64,000 nucleotides of DNA. Source: Hypanus sabinus. Taxonomy: Eukaryota. The first letter of the stretch is position 1; each line of letters opens with the position of its first letter. Made by a program: the position numbers and the translations under genes. The stretch covers positions 108,810,001 through 108,874,000 of the forward strand of contig NC_082709.1 of assembly GCF_030144855.1 (NCBI RefSeq). Reading direction: 5' to 3'. The notes under the pieces were generated by a model. That model searched no databases. It was not told the origin of the DNA and saw only the letters and a list, made by a program, of their open reading frames with translations. Shown here piece by piece: positions 47,999 through 60,105 of the stretch.

Positions 47999-48064
47999 AT
48001 GAGCGAGAAGGGGGAGTTGGATTTGACCGGAGTGAAGCTCAATACTGGCGTCTGGCTGGTGAAG
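47999..48064 (+). CDS. GTF2F2: General transcription factor IIF subunit 2 (RAP30), coding exon 1: MSEKGELDLTGVKLNTGVWLVK
   Basis: GCCATG Kozak context; AAG|GTGCGT donor; matches the recalled human MAERGELDLTGAKQNTGVWLVK; syntenic downstream of GPALPP1. Confidence 0.95.
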
Positions 48065-48142
48065 GTGCGTGGGCAGCGCTGGCCGGCCGCGGGGGCAGTG
48101 GGATGATCGCGGTTGGAGGAGCAGCACCTCATAGTCTGAGAG

Positions 48143-50415
48143 CAGCAACACGCACAAACTGCTGGGGGAGTGAGCAGGCCGGGCAGCGTCGATGGAGAGG
48201 AACATACAGTGGTCGTTTCAACACGAGACCCTTCGTCAGCACTGGGAAGGAAAGGGGGGAGGGGAGGTGATAGGTGAAGCCAGTGGGTGCAAAGGTCAAG
48301 GGCCGGAGAGGAGCAGAGTGGACTGTGGGAGAAAGGGACGGACCTAGAGGAAGTGATAGGCAGGTGAGAAGAGGGGACAAGCCAGAGAGGGGAATAGAAG
48401 GGGGGGGGTGGATTGTTTTTTAAGCAGAAGGAGAAATTGATATTCATGAAATTGGTGAGGACTAGTTTTGCCAGACAGAGGACAGGTAAGGTTTGAGGAG
48501 TGTTCAAGTTGAGAAGGGGGTGCTGTTGTAGTGTGGCAGATTGACTTCTACCTTACTGATGCCAGGCAGCAACTCTCGGACACCTCCTCATGCCTACCTC
48601 TTGAAAAGGACTAAGGTCAGTGATGAGGTCACTGACCTCATCAACTCTGAAAAACTCCCATCCACTGCCACCAAACACATTGTTTCCTTTCCCTGCACTT
48701 ACCGCTTCTGCCTCCTACTCACAGTTGTCAAATCTGACTGGGTAGCCTATTGTCTGCATGCTCGTATCCCACTAAACTTGTGAACTCATTACTCAATTCT
48801 TTGCTATTCCCCTTGGTTCAGTCCCTTCTCACCTACATCCACAACCCTTCTCATGCCCTTGATCTCCTCAGTAACTTTTGACTCCCTGGTTCCAAATGCA
48901 TTATTTTCACTCTGGGTGCCCAGTCCCTGTGACCCCCCCCCCCCCCCCCATTAAGAAGGCCTCAAAACTCTCCACTTGTTTCTCCTCCACCTTCACCCTC
49001 CTCTGGCAGAACTGGACCTCACCCTCAACAATTTCTTTGGCTCCTCTTACTTTCTCCAAACTCATAGGCCCTAGCTATGTCTGCCTTTTTGTTGGCTACA
49101 TAGTTCCAAGCCTTCCTCCATTATAATGACAACTGAATTGATGCTGTTTCATGCACCCATGCTGAGCTCATCAATTTCATCAACTTTGCCTTTAACCCTG
49201 TCCTTAAATTCACTTGGTCTATCTCCGACACCCTCCCCTTTCCCTACCTCTCTGTCTCCATCTCTACAGACAGAGTACCAACTGACATCTTTTATAAATT
49301 TACTGATATCCACAGCTATCTTGACTATAGCTCTTCCCACCATGTCTCCTGGAAAACTGCTTTTCCATTTTCTTGGTCCCTTTGTCTCTGCTGCATCTGA
49401 TCCAGGATGAGGCTTTCCTTTCCAGGACATCGGCGAAGTCTCCTTCCTTCGCAGAACAGTGTTTCCCTCTCTCCACTGCTAATGCCCGCATCTCTTCATG
49501 AATATCCATGCTCAGTGAACTCTCCAGCTGCCTTAACAGTGATAGAGTTCCTCATGTCCTTACCTACCACCTCATGATCCTCCACATCCAACATATCATT
49601 ATCTGCCAGATCTGACCACCAAATGTATCTCTACCTCCCCCTTCTCTCCGATTTCTGCAGTGATCGCTCCCTCTGATTCCCTTCTTCATTCTTCTCTCCC
49701 CACAAATCTCCCTCCCAGCACTTATCCCTGCAAGTGGCCAAAGTGCTACATCTGCCCATTCACCTCTATTCAGGGCCTCAAGCTGGCCTCCCAGGTGAGG
49801 CAACACTTCACCTGCGAACCTGCTGAAGTTGTCTTGTGGCCAGTGCTCCCAATGCAGCCTCCTTTACATTGGTGAGACCCGATGTAAAGTGGGGGACCGC
49901 TTCGTCATGCACCTCTGCTCCATCTGGCAAAAGCAGAGTTTCCCGGTGGCCAATTCGGATTCCCATTCCTGTTTCAACATGTCAGTCCATGGCCTTCTCG
50001 ATGAGGCCACCCTCAGGTTCCATCTGGGCAGCCTCCCCAACCTGATTGCGTGAACGTTGATCTTCTGATTTTGAAAAAGTGTTTTGTTTCCTTTCCCCAC
50101 CCCTCTCTATTCCCCACTCTGGCCTCTACCCTTTTCTCACCTTCCCCAGGTCCCCTCCTGTTTTTGTCTCCCCTATGGTCCACTCTCCTCTCCGATCCGA
50201 TCTTAATCTCTAGCTCTTGATCTTTTCTACCCACCTAGCTTCATGTCACCTTCTAACTATCCAATTTCCCTTGCCCCGCTCTTTTAATTCTGGGGTCTTC
50301 CCCCTTCCATTCCAATCCTGAAGAAGAGTCTCAGCCTGAAACTTCGACTGTTTATTTATTTGCATAGATGCTGTCTGACCTGCTGAGTTCTTCCAGCATT
50401 TTGTGTATGTTGCTT
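48143..50415 (+). mobile_element. Second-family Penelope-like element (decayed RT + GIY-YIG) with inverted terminal arms
   Basis: GPSYVCLFVGY RT remnant; CSQCSLLYIGETRCKVGDRFVMHL endonuclease remnant; 48143-48460 is an inverted copy of the 3' end at 50060-50415. Confidence 0.8.
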
Positions 50416-53400
50416 GTTATTTGAATCACCCCGCTGTGTCCATGTGAATCTTTGAATTAGATTCCTGTGTTTGAAGATGAGTTTTATTTGTCACAAGTAC
50501 ATTGAAACACACAGTGAAATGTGTTGTTTGTGTCAAAGACCAACATAGTCCGAGGATGTACTGGGGGCAGCCCCACACGGTTCCAAGATGCCATGCCAAC
50601 AACTTACTACCCCTGACCCACACATTTTTGGAAAGTGGGGGAAGCCCAGAGCATCCGGAAGAAACCCACATGGTCATAAGGAGAACGTACAAACACCCAA
50701 GGATAAAATAAAAATACAAACACTTCAAAATTCACTGTATCCGGATCATCTAGGAGAGGCAAAAAGAGAACGTGGAGTTAGGATGAGACCAGGAAAGTTA
50801 CTTTCTAACTAACTCTCCGAGCAGAATTGCTCTTGGTAACCATGTTGATCAAACACGTATTAGCTGTTGAACCATTTCGGTTTTTTAAGATGTGATACCT
50901 GCCTAATTTACAAACTTGCTTTGCTCCTTGATGGTTTCAGGGAATCTTCCTCAGGTAGCCCCTTGAGCAATTTAATTTCCCTGTGCCTGTGATTTAATAA
51001 AGAAAGCACTGACAGGGATTCTCCTTCATTTATTGGAATCATTGAGACTGGGAGACAACAGTGATGAAAATATTTCTGTCATTTCACTCATTATTAAGTC
51101 AGCTTTACCACCCAATTTTCCCTTGATTTTGCAGTTAAACTACATTCTAGGTTTGGCACATCAGTGGACAGAAACAGTTCCGTTTTATCTGGCTGCCAGT
51201 CGAGGGCTTGGCTCCTTTCAAATCCATATAATCACAGAACTGTTTCTTGTGCTCTTTGCTGATATGATAAGTATTTTCCACTCCGTTATTTCCGTCTTTC
51301 TCTTATCTATAAGTTGTAAACTACTTTAACAAAGGGCCCAGACTCTTTCCTGAAATTGTTGAAAGCATCTTTGCTTTACATGTGTGGAAGACTTTGAACT
51401 GTACATGTACGTATATAGTTGAAAGTTAACTTGTTAAGGTTTTAAAGTCTTGATCATGGAAGAGTCCAACGATGGATATTATATGATGCTAAATGACTAT
51501 TTATTGGATAGCTACTAGCTGTATTTTTAGATTGCAGCAGATGAATCACACACAGTGCAATAATTTTAGGATTATTAAAGGATAAATTATCTCATTGAGA
51601 TATGTACACTGAAGCCACAATGTTCCCCTGGATAGTCTTTGAATATTGCTACACTGATACTACACTATTCAGGCCAACTGGCCCGTGTGGTCCATGTGAC
51701 TTCACCTACTTCTTTTGTTCCTTTCTTCCTTGTTTCCTGATTCCTGATGAATGAACTTTAATTTCTATAACTTCGGGTAATTTCTCCCTCCACCTTTGTA
51801 TTCTGGCTCCTGGCCCCTTTCTTTCCAATACTGACAGAGGGTTTCGGCATGGAAAGTCGACTGGTAGATGTAACTTGTCTTGCTGAGTTCCTCCTACACT
51901 TTGTGTGTTGCTCTAGATTTCCAGCATCTAGAGAATCTCTTGTGTTTATTCCATATTTTTGTCTACTATTTCCTTAAATACAACTCTTTATTTTCTTTAA
52001 CCGCTGAATTTAATTTCACAGCCGAATCGTTTTCTGCATACAGAGAAGGCTAGGAATACTCAGCAGGACAGGCAACATCTGTGGAGAGAGAAATTGTTAA
52101 TCTTTTTGATCACGGTTTTCTTTTAAAAAAAATTGAAATAGAGCCTGGAGTGGGCCCTTTGAACCGCGGTGCCCAGCAACCCCTGGTTTAACTGTAGCCT
52201 ATCATGGGACAATTTACTTTTTTTTGGTAATTTTTTTTATTGAAGTTCATCATTAAACAAGCATTTCCATAAGATGTATTTCAGACATTGTACATATATA
52301 TCATATAATCATATATGTCACAAACCTCCACATAGTATTTATCTGAGGTATACACTTATAGAAAAGAGTGGAAAGAAAAAACAAGCAAAAAGAAAGAACT
52401 ATGTACAAGTAGAGAGTGATTTTTTTTACAACAGATTCATTGATTTGTGAGAATAAAATCAGGCCTATGAGGCACTATGTAGTTAAACCATTTTTCCCAG
52501 TATAAATCAAATTGTTCCAGCTTATGATTAACAGATGCTGTTATCTTCTCCATTTTGTAAATGTCCATTGTAATTTCCATCCATGTATTTAAAGTTAGGC
52601 ATTTCCTAGTAAGAGTCTACCGTTATCTGAATTATATGCTTTTCTAAATAGCTCCATCAAGCATGTACTTGCCTTGGTTACATTTTTAAGCATCTTATTA
52701 ACATATTGTCGCATCTGTAAATACCGATAAAAGTCTTGTTTTTCTAATAAGTGTTTCTCTTTAAGCATTTCAAAACTGAACAGTGTTCCGTCTTTCATTA
52801 TGTTGCAAAGAACTGTTATTCCTTTAGCTGTCCAGTCCTTAAATCTGGCATCCAATTTATTTGGTGTAAAATCCGAGTCATATGCACACCATTTAAAAAT
52901 TGCTGTATCTCCCTCCAGATTATATTCTTTTATAGTAGTTTTCCATATTTTAAGAGCCAATTTCACCCATGGGTTATCAATAGTATTTATGTACCTTTGC
53001 AGGTTGTTATCAGCCAAAATTGCTTGTATGGGGATGGGAAGTACCCACTCCTCAATGTTTTTCCATCGAGCGTCATATGATGGGTTGCACCAACATATCA
53101 CAGCTCTCAACTGTGCTGCAAAATAATAAACTCTAAGAGAAGGTAGGCCCCATCCCCCCTTTTCCTTTGTTAATTGCAAAGTTTTGAGACAAACTCTAGG
53201 CCTTTTACCCTGCCAAATATACCTTGATAACATCTTGTTCCATTCATTGTATTGATTTTGATTAATCTCTATTCGTAGGGTCTGAAAGAGATATAACAGT
53301 CTGGGCAGTATATTCATTTTAATAGACTCAATCCTTGAACTGAGACTGAAAAAAGGAATCAGGTTCCATCTTGCCACATCTTTCTTAATTTTTTTATATA

Positions 53401-54600
53401 ACATTCCGATAATTTTGCCAAATCTTTGGGCATAATGATGCCCAAATATTTGAAAGACTCTGTGTGCCATGCCCAGGGATATCTACTTTCAATTTCTCTT
53501 GGTGGGCTATAGTAATATGAAAGTAATTGGGTTTTATCTATGTTGATCTTGTATCCTGATAATTGACCATATTGTTCAAAGGATTGCATCAATTTAGGTA
53601 AAGAGTATGTTGGTTGCCCTAGATCAGGGGTCAGCAACCTTTACCACTGAAAGAGCCACTTGGACCCGTTTCCCACAGAAAAGAAAACTCTGGGAGCCGC
53701 AAAACCCGTTTGACATTTAAAATGAAATAACACTGCATATAACGTTTTGTTTTGCCTTTATGCTATGTATAAACAAACTATAATGTGTTGCATTTATGAA
53801 ATTGATGAACTCCTGCAGAGAAAACGAAATTACATTTCTGCATGCAACAAAAACATTTTGAACTCCGAAAAAAAGACGTTGGGTTGAAGGTTACTTTTAA
53901 GTAAAATACTCAACGTCTATTTGAGTCCTTCTTGTATTTATGAAAAACGCCAAACTTAAATTTGCCGCCAGCAGCAAACCAAAAATAACGTCAGCCAGCT
54001 GTCAACCTGAAAAATAAAAGGACTATTTCACTGAACAATGAAAAAATATGAATATACGTAAAATAATAGGCAATTAAAATATTTATCATACTTGTTCAGG
54101 TTGACTCACACCTGACAATGCAGTCGTATTCAGTAGGGATGGATCGATGCTTAGAGGACTGACCGGGAAGGATAATGTGGTTTTTTCCTCTCTGAACTCA
54201 CATAAGCGTTTCCCAAACGATGTTTGCATTGCGATGATTGCAGAATGTAAATACTCCGAATTTATCATGTCGTGACCTTGTTTGAACTCTCTCAAATTGG
54301 GGAAGTGAGACAATGTGCCTTTCTGTAAATCTCTAGCAAGCAACGTCAACTTGCGCTCGAATGCCAAAACATCCTCCAACATGTGCAGGGTTGTACGTCC
54401 TTACCCCGTTGAAGAGCTGTGTTCAGCGTGTTCAGGTGCGCTGTCATGTCTACCATGAAGTGTAGCTTTTCCAGCCACTCTGGCTGTTCCAGCTCAGGAA
54501 AGGTGGGCCCTTTGCTGCCCAGGAAAGTTTTCACTTCTTCCAGACACGCGACAAAGCGTTTCAGCACCTCCCCTCTGGACAGCCAGCGATAAAAACACAT

Positions 54601-54783
54601 TGTAGCGGTGTAGCTTTATTCGAACTAAACAGCCTTGCTTTTAAGCCTCCCTCAACCCGCCCCCCCATGGGCGCGGATGCTGCAAAAGACACATACTCAC
54701 AAACCCCCGTAGGCTATCTCCCTTAGCCTGAACGCTGGCTAATTGTGAGCCGGTTCGGATGTGTCAGGAATTGGGTCTCCACA
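54601..54783 (-). mobile_element. Small solo LTR-like element (183 bp) in the hAT
   Basis: TGTAG...CCACA ends; 4-bp flanks ACAT / ACGT; homologous to 54889-55103. Confidence 0.7.
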
Positions 54784-54888
54784 ACGTCTTATTTAGATTG
54801 TACAAGATCACCATAATCTTCAAATTTAGATTTACATTTCAAAAACTAACAAACTAACATAAAATACATTTTAATTAAATACTGACCA

Positions 54889-55103
54889 TGTAGCGGTGTG
54901 CTACACGCAGCGCTAAAATTACGACACGGAGTCGGTAACTGCAGTCGAAGGAAAAAACTTTATTCGACATCTTCAGCCTCACTTTTAAGCCTCCCTCAAC
55001 CTGCCCCCCATGGCGCAGAGGCTCCAAAGCTCTGTGCTCGCAAACCCCCATAGGCTATCTAATTGTGAGTCGGTTCGGATGTGCCAGGAAAAGGGTCGCC
55101 ACA
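54889..55103 (-). mobile_element. Small solo LTR-like element (215 bp) in the hAT
   Basis: TGTAG...CCACA ends; perfect TSD ACCA (54885-54888, 55104-55107); minus-strand AATAAA near 54959-54964. Confidence 0.75.
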
Positions 55104-57555
55104 ACCAATTATTTTCCAAAGCAACAGGGAGCCGCAGCACAGACGTAAAAGAGCCACATGTGGCTCCGGAGCCGCGGGTTGCCGACCCCCGCCCTAGATA
55201 GATCAAAATGTCATCCATGTAACAAACCAATTTATGCTCTGTCCCTATAATAGTAATTCCCCTGATATCTTCATTTTGTCTGATGTATTGAGCTAATGGT
55301 TCCAGATACCTCTCGTTACCTCTAGGGTAAGACTATTTGATAAATATCCATTGATTTTAATCCTAGCAGTAGGATTGTCATATAGTGTCTGTATAGTTTT
55401 AATAATTGTGTCTTGGAAACCAAATTTATGTAAAACTCTAAAGAAAATTCCAATTAACCAAATCAAATGCCTTTTCAGCATCCATGCTTATCACCATTGC
55501 TTCGATTTTTTTTGTAAATGATCCATAATGTGAAGTGTCCTTCATATACTGTCTTGTGTTTGGTGTTGTCATATAAAACCTGTCTAATCATTACGTATCA
55601 GTATGGGTAGAAATTCCTCTAATCGTTTGGCCATGATGGAGGTAAATAATTTATAATCTACATTAAGAACGGATATTGGACTAAATGACCCGCATTCCAT
55701 TTTGTCCTTGCCTTCTTTCGGTATAGCTGAGATTATCGCTTCCTTCCAACTGGGTGGCATTTGTGCCTTTTTTAGAGCCCAGTTCATTGTGGGGAGTAAA
55801 ACAGGAATGAACTCATTTTTGAATTCTTTGTACCACTCTGCCGTATACCCATCTGATCCCGGTGACTTGCTTAGTTTAAGCCTACTAATTGCAGCTTTTA
55901 ATTCAACTTCAGTTATGTCAGCAGTCATCGTTCTATTTTGTTCTTCGCTTAAAATAGGTAAATCTAGAGAATTCAAGAAGGTGTCAATTTGGGTTATGCT
56001 TCCCCCTGGAACTTTGGAATATAGAGTTTTGTAAAACACTTCAAAAGCTTCTTGAATTTCACTTAGCTTATTTTTTTTAATCATTTTCATACTTGGGTCC
56101 CTAATTCTATGAATTGTATTTTCTGCTATCTTTTTTTTTCAGTTTCCACGCCAGTATTTTCATAGACTTTGATCCACTTTCATAATGTCTCTGTTTCAGA
56201 AACATTAAATTTTTCCTGATTTCTTGCATAGCCAAACTATTAATTTCATTCCTAATTTTTTTAAATTTCCCCTAATGTATCCTGTGCCAAATTCAATTTG
56301 TGTTTTTTCTCTAGTTTCTTCAGCCTATTTTGTAATTCCTCTAATGTTTTATTCCTTATTTTTTTCTTATATGAAGATATGGCTATAATTTCCCCTCTTA
56401 AGACAGCCTTCAGAATATCCCATAAAATGGGAGGTGAAACCTCACCATTGTAATTAAATTCTAAGTAGAGACCAATTACTTTTTTAATTTGTTCCTTAAA
56501 GTACGGATCATTGAGTAAACTTGAATTTAGTTTCCAAATAGTATTCTTCGGTTGTAGGTCAAAATCAACAAATAAATATATAGGTGTATGGTCACTTACA
56601 TCTATTGTCCCAATTCCACAGGTGTTTATTTTGTCTTTGTCTTTTACAAATGTTATGAAATAGTCTCTTGTTGGGGAAAAGGTCCCTCCATATATCAATT
56701 AAACCAACTTCCTCAAAAAGGGCATTAACTTTCTTATGTAAAGATTTTGTTTCATAGGTTTTTCTGTTGGAAAAATCTAAGTTTGGTTGTAATTGTAAAT
56801 TAAAGTCTCCCCCCCCCCCCACCCATCCGAGGATACCTTCTGTTTCCGCTACCATAATATCAGTAATTTTCTGAAAGAAACCAATATCACTTTCGGGGGG
56901 TGTGTATATATTCAATAGAGTAACTGAATTTCCGTCTATATTCCCCCTTACCAGATTATATCTGCCCTCTTTATCTCCCATTTCAGATACTTTTTCAAAA
57001 TCTAGCTTGCTTGAGATAAGAATAGCAACTCCTCTCCTATGTCCTGATTTATATGAGGAGAAAAACAGATTAGTGAAGCCCATTCTCTTTAGTTTTCTAT
57101 GGTCATTATCATTTGAATGAGTTTCCTGTAAATATACTACATGGGCTTGTTCTTTTTTCATTCTGGATAAAATTCTATTACGTTTCATTGGATTTAATAG
57201 CCCATTGACATTAAAAGAAATGAATTTTACTTTGTCCTGAGCCATCTGTATTTATCTGTCAATGTATCATTGAAATTAACAGAATAAAACTTAATTGATC
57301 TACTCCCTGAACAAATAAGAACCAAGAAACGCAAATAATAACAAAAATGGCAACAAACGTGTGATTCCAAGGCTGAGGTCTCTGGTAGATGACCCTGTGT
57401 TGAGCTAGAGGAAATGTCTAGCTGTGGGGAAAACCCCTCCTACTTGTGAGTTGAGGGCCCCCATTGCAGTATTCATAAAAGTCAGTGAACAAATCCATTA
57501 CACAGAAAAGATTTCCCTGTGTACACACACACACACGCACACATATATATGTGGG

Positions 57556-57597
<42 letters not shown>

Positions 57598-57787
57598 AAT
57601 ATATTGTATGCATACACACATATATATATCCTCATTTTGGTGGGGAAAAAGGAGCAAGTGAGCGAATAAAGAATAACAACTAAGTAATATTAAATCCACA
57701 TTATAATAAGTATTTCTCGAGATAGGTATATCACCGTCTACTTTTGTTTCCGTTTAACCTCTCAACATTTTTAAAGTTAGCCAAACC

Positions 57788-58807
57788 TTATGGCTCTTCT
57801 GGAGGGGGTGAGGGCTGTCTTTGGAAAACTCCCAGTCTCCTTCTGATATATTTCTCTCGGCCTCCTCCCATCTCCTGCCTTCTCAATTCTCGCACTATTT
57901 CCCAAACGGAGTGGGATAATTCCTCTGCCAGGCTTTCCTTTGGTTTGATCACGCTGACAGGCAACCCTCTGGCCTTCATGTCTGTAGTCGCCTCTTCCAC
58001 TGTCTGATACAGTTGGATCCCATCTTGATAAAACACTCGAAGCTTAGCAGGGTTCAGAGTTTGAAATCTAATCCTTTCTTGCTTTAGTATTCACTTTACT
58101 TCAGAGTATTATTTACGTTTCTGCAGGACTGCGGGGGGGGGGGGTTAATCTTGGTCGAAATATATTAATTTATTGTCTAAAAACACCCTCTTCTTACTCC
58201 AGGCCCTTCGTAGAATCTCCGCCTTGGTACTGTATTGAAGGAATTTAATTATTATTGAGCGTGGCTTATCTGCTTTATCTCGGGTAGGCTTCGGGATGAG
58301 CACACGATGCACTCTCTCAATTTCCAGCTCCATAGTTGAGGGAAGCTCCAGCACGTTCCACAGCAACTTTCCGACAAACTCCGTAATAGACAAGCCCTCC
58401 GCTCCTTCATGAATGTTGTATATTCTGATATTTTTCTGCTGTGATCTTCTCTTTAGGTCAAGCAGTTTACCTTGTTGATTTAATATTTTTATCATCTTAC
58501 TTAGTATCCGCTCCACGTTTTGAACGTGATCTTCCACCTTCTCAATTGGAGTCTCTGCCACCACTATTTTTTGATTGACGTTGGCGAGCTCTGACTTAAT
58601 ATCATGTAGCTGATGTTTTATATCTTTCTGGAACTCCCTTATCTCTTTCAAAATTTCAATCATATTTACCGCTTTGCCTGAATGAGGCCCATTGTCAGCC
58701 TCGCTAGCACGCAGTTGGATAGGAGAGCCGCTCACTGCACTCCCCTCGGCTGCAGTGTTGCTTTTTTTATTTCCATTCTTTTTCCCCATTCTTGCCCCTC
58801 TTATCAA
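57788..58807 (-). pseudogene. L1 ORF1 (coiled-coil, RRM, CTD), disrupted
   Basis: Heptad region, RSQQKNIRIYNIHEG, EIERVHR, PRSIIIKF, IYFDQD; break at the G-run near 58133-58144. Confidence 0.88.
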
Positions 58808-59862
58808 TTCAAATACTTTTGAAAAATACTGTATTTGATGGGTTAACGGGGCTTAGTATGCGCTTTTCCAGAGGAGCTAGTGACTTAAGCTGCCATTCTC
58901 GACAATGACATCACTGGAACCACGGGATAATTTACAATGATCAATTAACCTACTAACTGGTACACCTTTGGACTGTGGGAAGAAACCAGAGCACCCAGAG
59001 GAAATGCACACGGCCACGGGGAAAACGTACAGACTCTTTACAGGCAACAGCGAGAATTGAGCCAAGTCGCTGGTATTGTAAAGCGTTGTGCTAACCACTG
59101 CGCTACCATGCACCCCCAAATCTATAGTTCTCCTTAACACTTTGCAGTGCTATGTGATGGATCTGCAGTTGTGTGTCCTTCCACAGTGTGGTGCTATCTC
59201 AACACATTCAGGAAGGGAAACCAGAACAAGTGACAAATTAAAACAAACTGCAGGTGCTGGAAATCTGAATATAAAATAAAAACAGAAAATGCTGGGAACG
59301 TGTAGCAAAGCTGGCTACATCTGCGAGAAGAGAAATAATCCTTCATGTTTCTGATGGCAAATAGTAGTTAAATTACGAATTAAAATTAATTTTGCTTTCA
59401 TCGGTTTTTTCCACTACATCCCTAGGTGCTTTGAGAGCTTTCTCTTGCCATCTTAATGCTGCTCTCAGGAATACATCCCGAGCATTAAGTGAGGTCCCAG
59501 TGTATCTGTTTGTGACATGAGGTGGCTGTGGCTGCACTTGCTCAAAATGCAAGTTCAAGACGAGACAGAAGTATGAAGCAGGAGTTGATAAGATATGGAG
59601 CCCAGGAGATGAAAGGCAGTCTAGTGTAAATATGAGGAAGGGTGATTTTAATTTCAGACCTTTGACAAATGGTTTAGATGGGAATGTGGAATTTGGTGTT
59701 TTTAAGGATGTAGGTATCAGAGTTTTGATTTGGGTCAGATTAGGAAGAAGATGTGAATTGATTCCGGAAGTATTAAGTTGATTGAGCTGTGGTAAGGATG
59801 CAGGCAGTAATTAGGTTGAAGGATGATATGGGTGATTCAGATACCAGTATATAAAGAATGTG

Positions 59863-60105
59863 TGGCACGTGGCCAAGTGGTTAGGGAGTTCCTGAAGGTC
59901 GTGAGTTTGAGCTCAGCCAAGGCAGCGTGTGTGTCCTTGAGCAAGGCAGTTAACCACACGATGCTGCAGTCTACCCATCTGAAAAATGGGTACCGGCAAA
60001 AAAATGCTGGGGGGGAATCTTGTACTCTCAGTCACTTCACGCCACAGAAACCGGCATAAGCGCTGGCCTGATGAGTCTGTAAGGCTGGGGACAGGACTTT
60101 GACTT
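59863..60105 (+). mobile_element. tRNA-derived SINE
   Basis: A-box TGGCCAAGTGG, degenerate B-box GAGTTTGAGCTC, TGTGTCCTTGAGCAAGGCA body. Confidence 0.6.

Larger units (their letters stand above)
53625..55191 (-). mobile_element. Internally deleted hAT (Charlie/SPIN/Buster-group) transposon inserted in the L1 RT
   Basis: TIRs CAGGGGTCAGCAACC / GGTTGCCGACCCCCG; perfect 8-bp TSD CCCTAGAT (53617-53624, 55192-55199); transposase remnant RWLSRGEVLKRF..WLEKLHFMVDMTAHLNTLNTALQ. Confidence 0.93.
52595..57245 (-). pseudogene. L1 ORF2 (APE endonuclease + RT), frameshifted, with deletions and a hAT insertion
   Basis: ISFNVNGL, YLQETH, GGDFN, SDHTP, KSPGSDGYTAEWYK, PISVLNVDYKLF, DAEKAFD, YMDDILIYL, SGYKINIDK, KMNILPRLLYLFQ, GGWGLP. 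Confidence 0.92.
52218..58920 (-). mobile_element. Near full-length L1-clade LINE (5' UTR, ORF1, spacer, ORF2, poly-A), inactivated
   Basis: Poly-T and TTTATT at 52218-52241; 15-bp TSD CATGGGACAATTTAC (52203-52217) / CACGGGATAATTTAC (58921-58935); ORF1 and ORF2 remnants. Confidence 0.93.
52140..59115 (-). mobile_element. V-SINE-like element split by the L1 insertion (halves 52140-52217 and 58921-59115)
   Basis: CTTTGGACTGTGGGAAGAAACCAGAGCACCCAGAGGAAA V-domain-like motif (reverse complement); halves join at GGACAATTTAC|AATG. Confidence 0.65.

Noticed and set aside
47833-48507. 224-aa minus-strand ORF antisense to GTF2F2 exon 1
   Set aside because: Runs through a PLE arm and a GC-rich island where stops are rare; no recognisable domain
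55210-55224. Retrovirus-like YMDD motif in an L1 RT
   Set aside because: TAC ATG is reachable from TAC GCG (YADD) by two CpG transitions; most likely post-insertion decay
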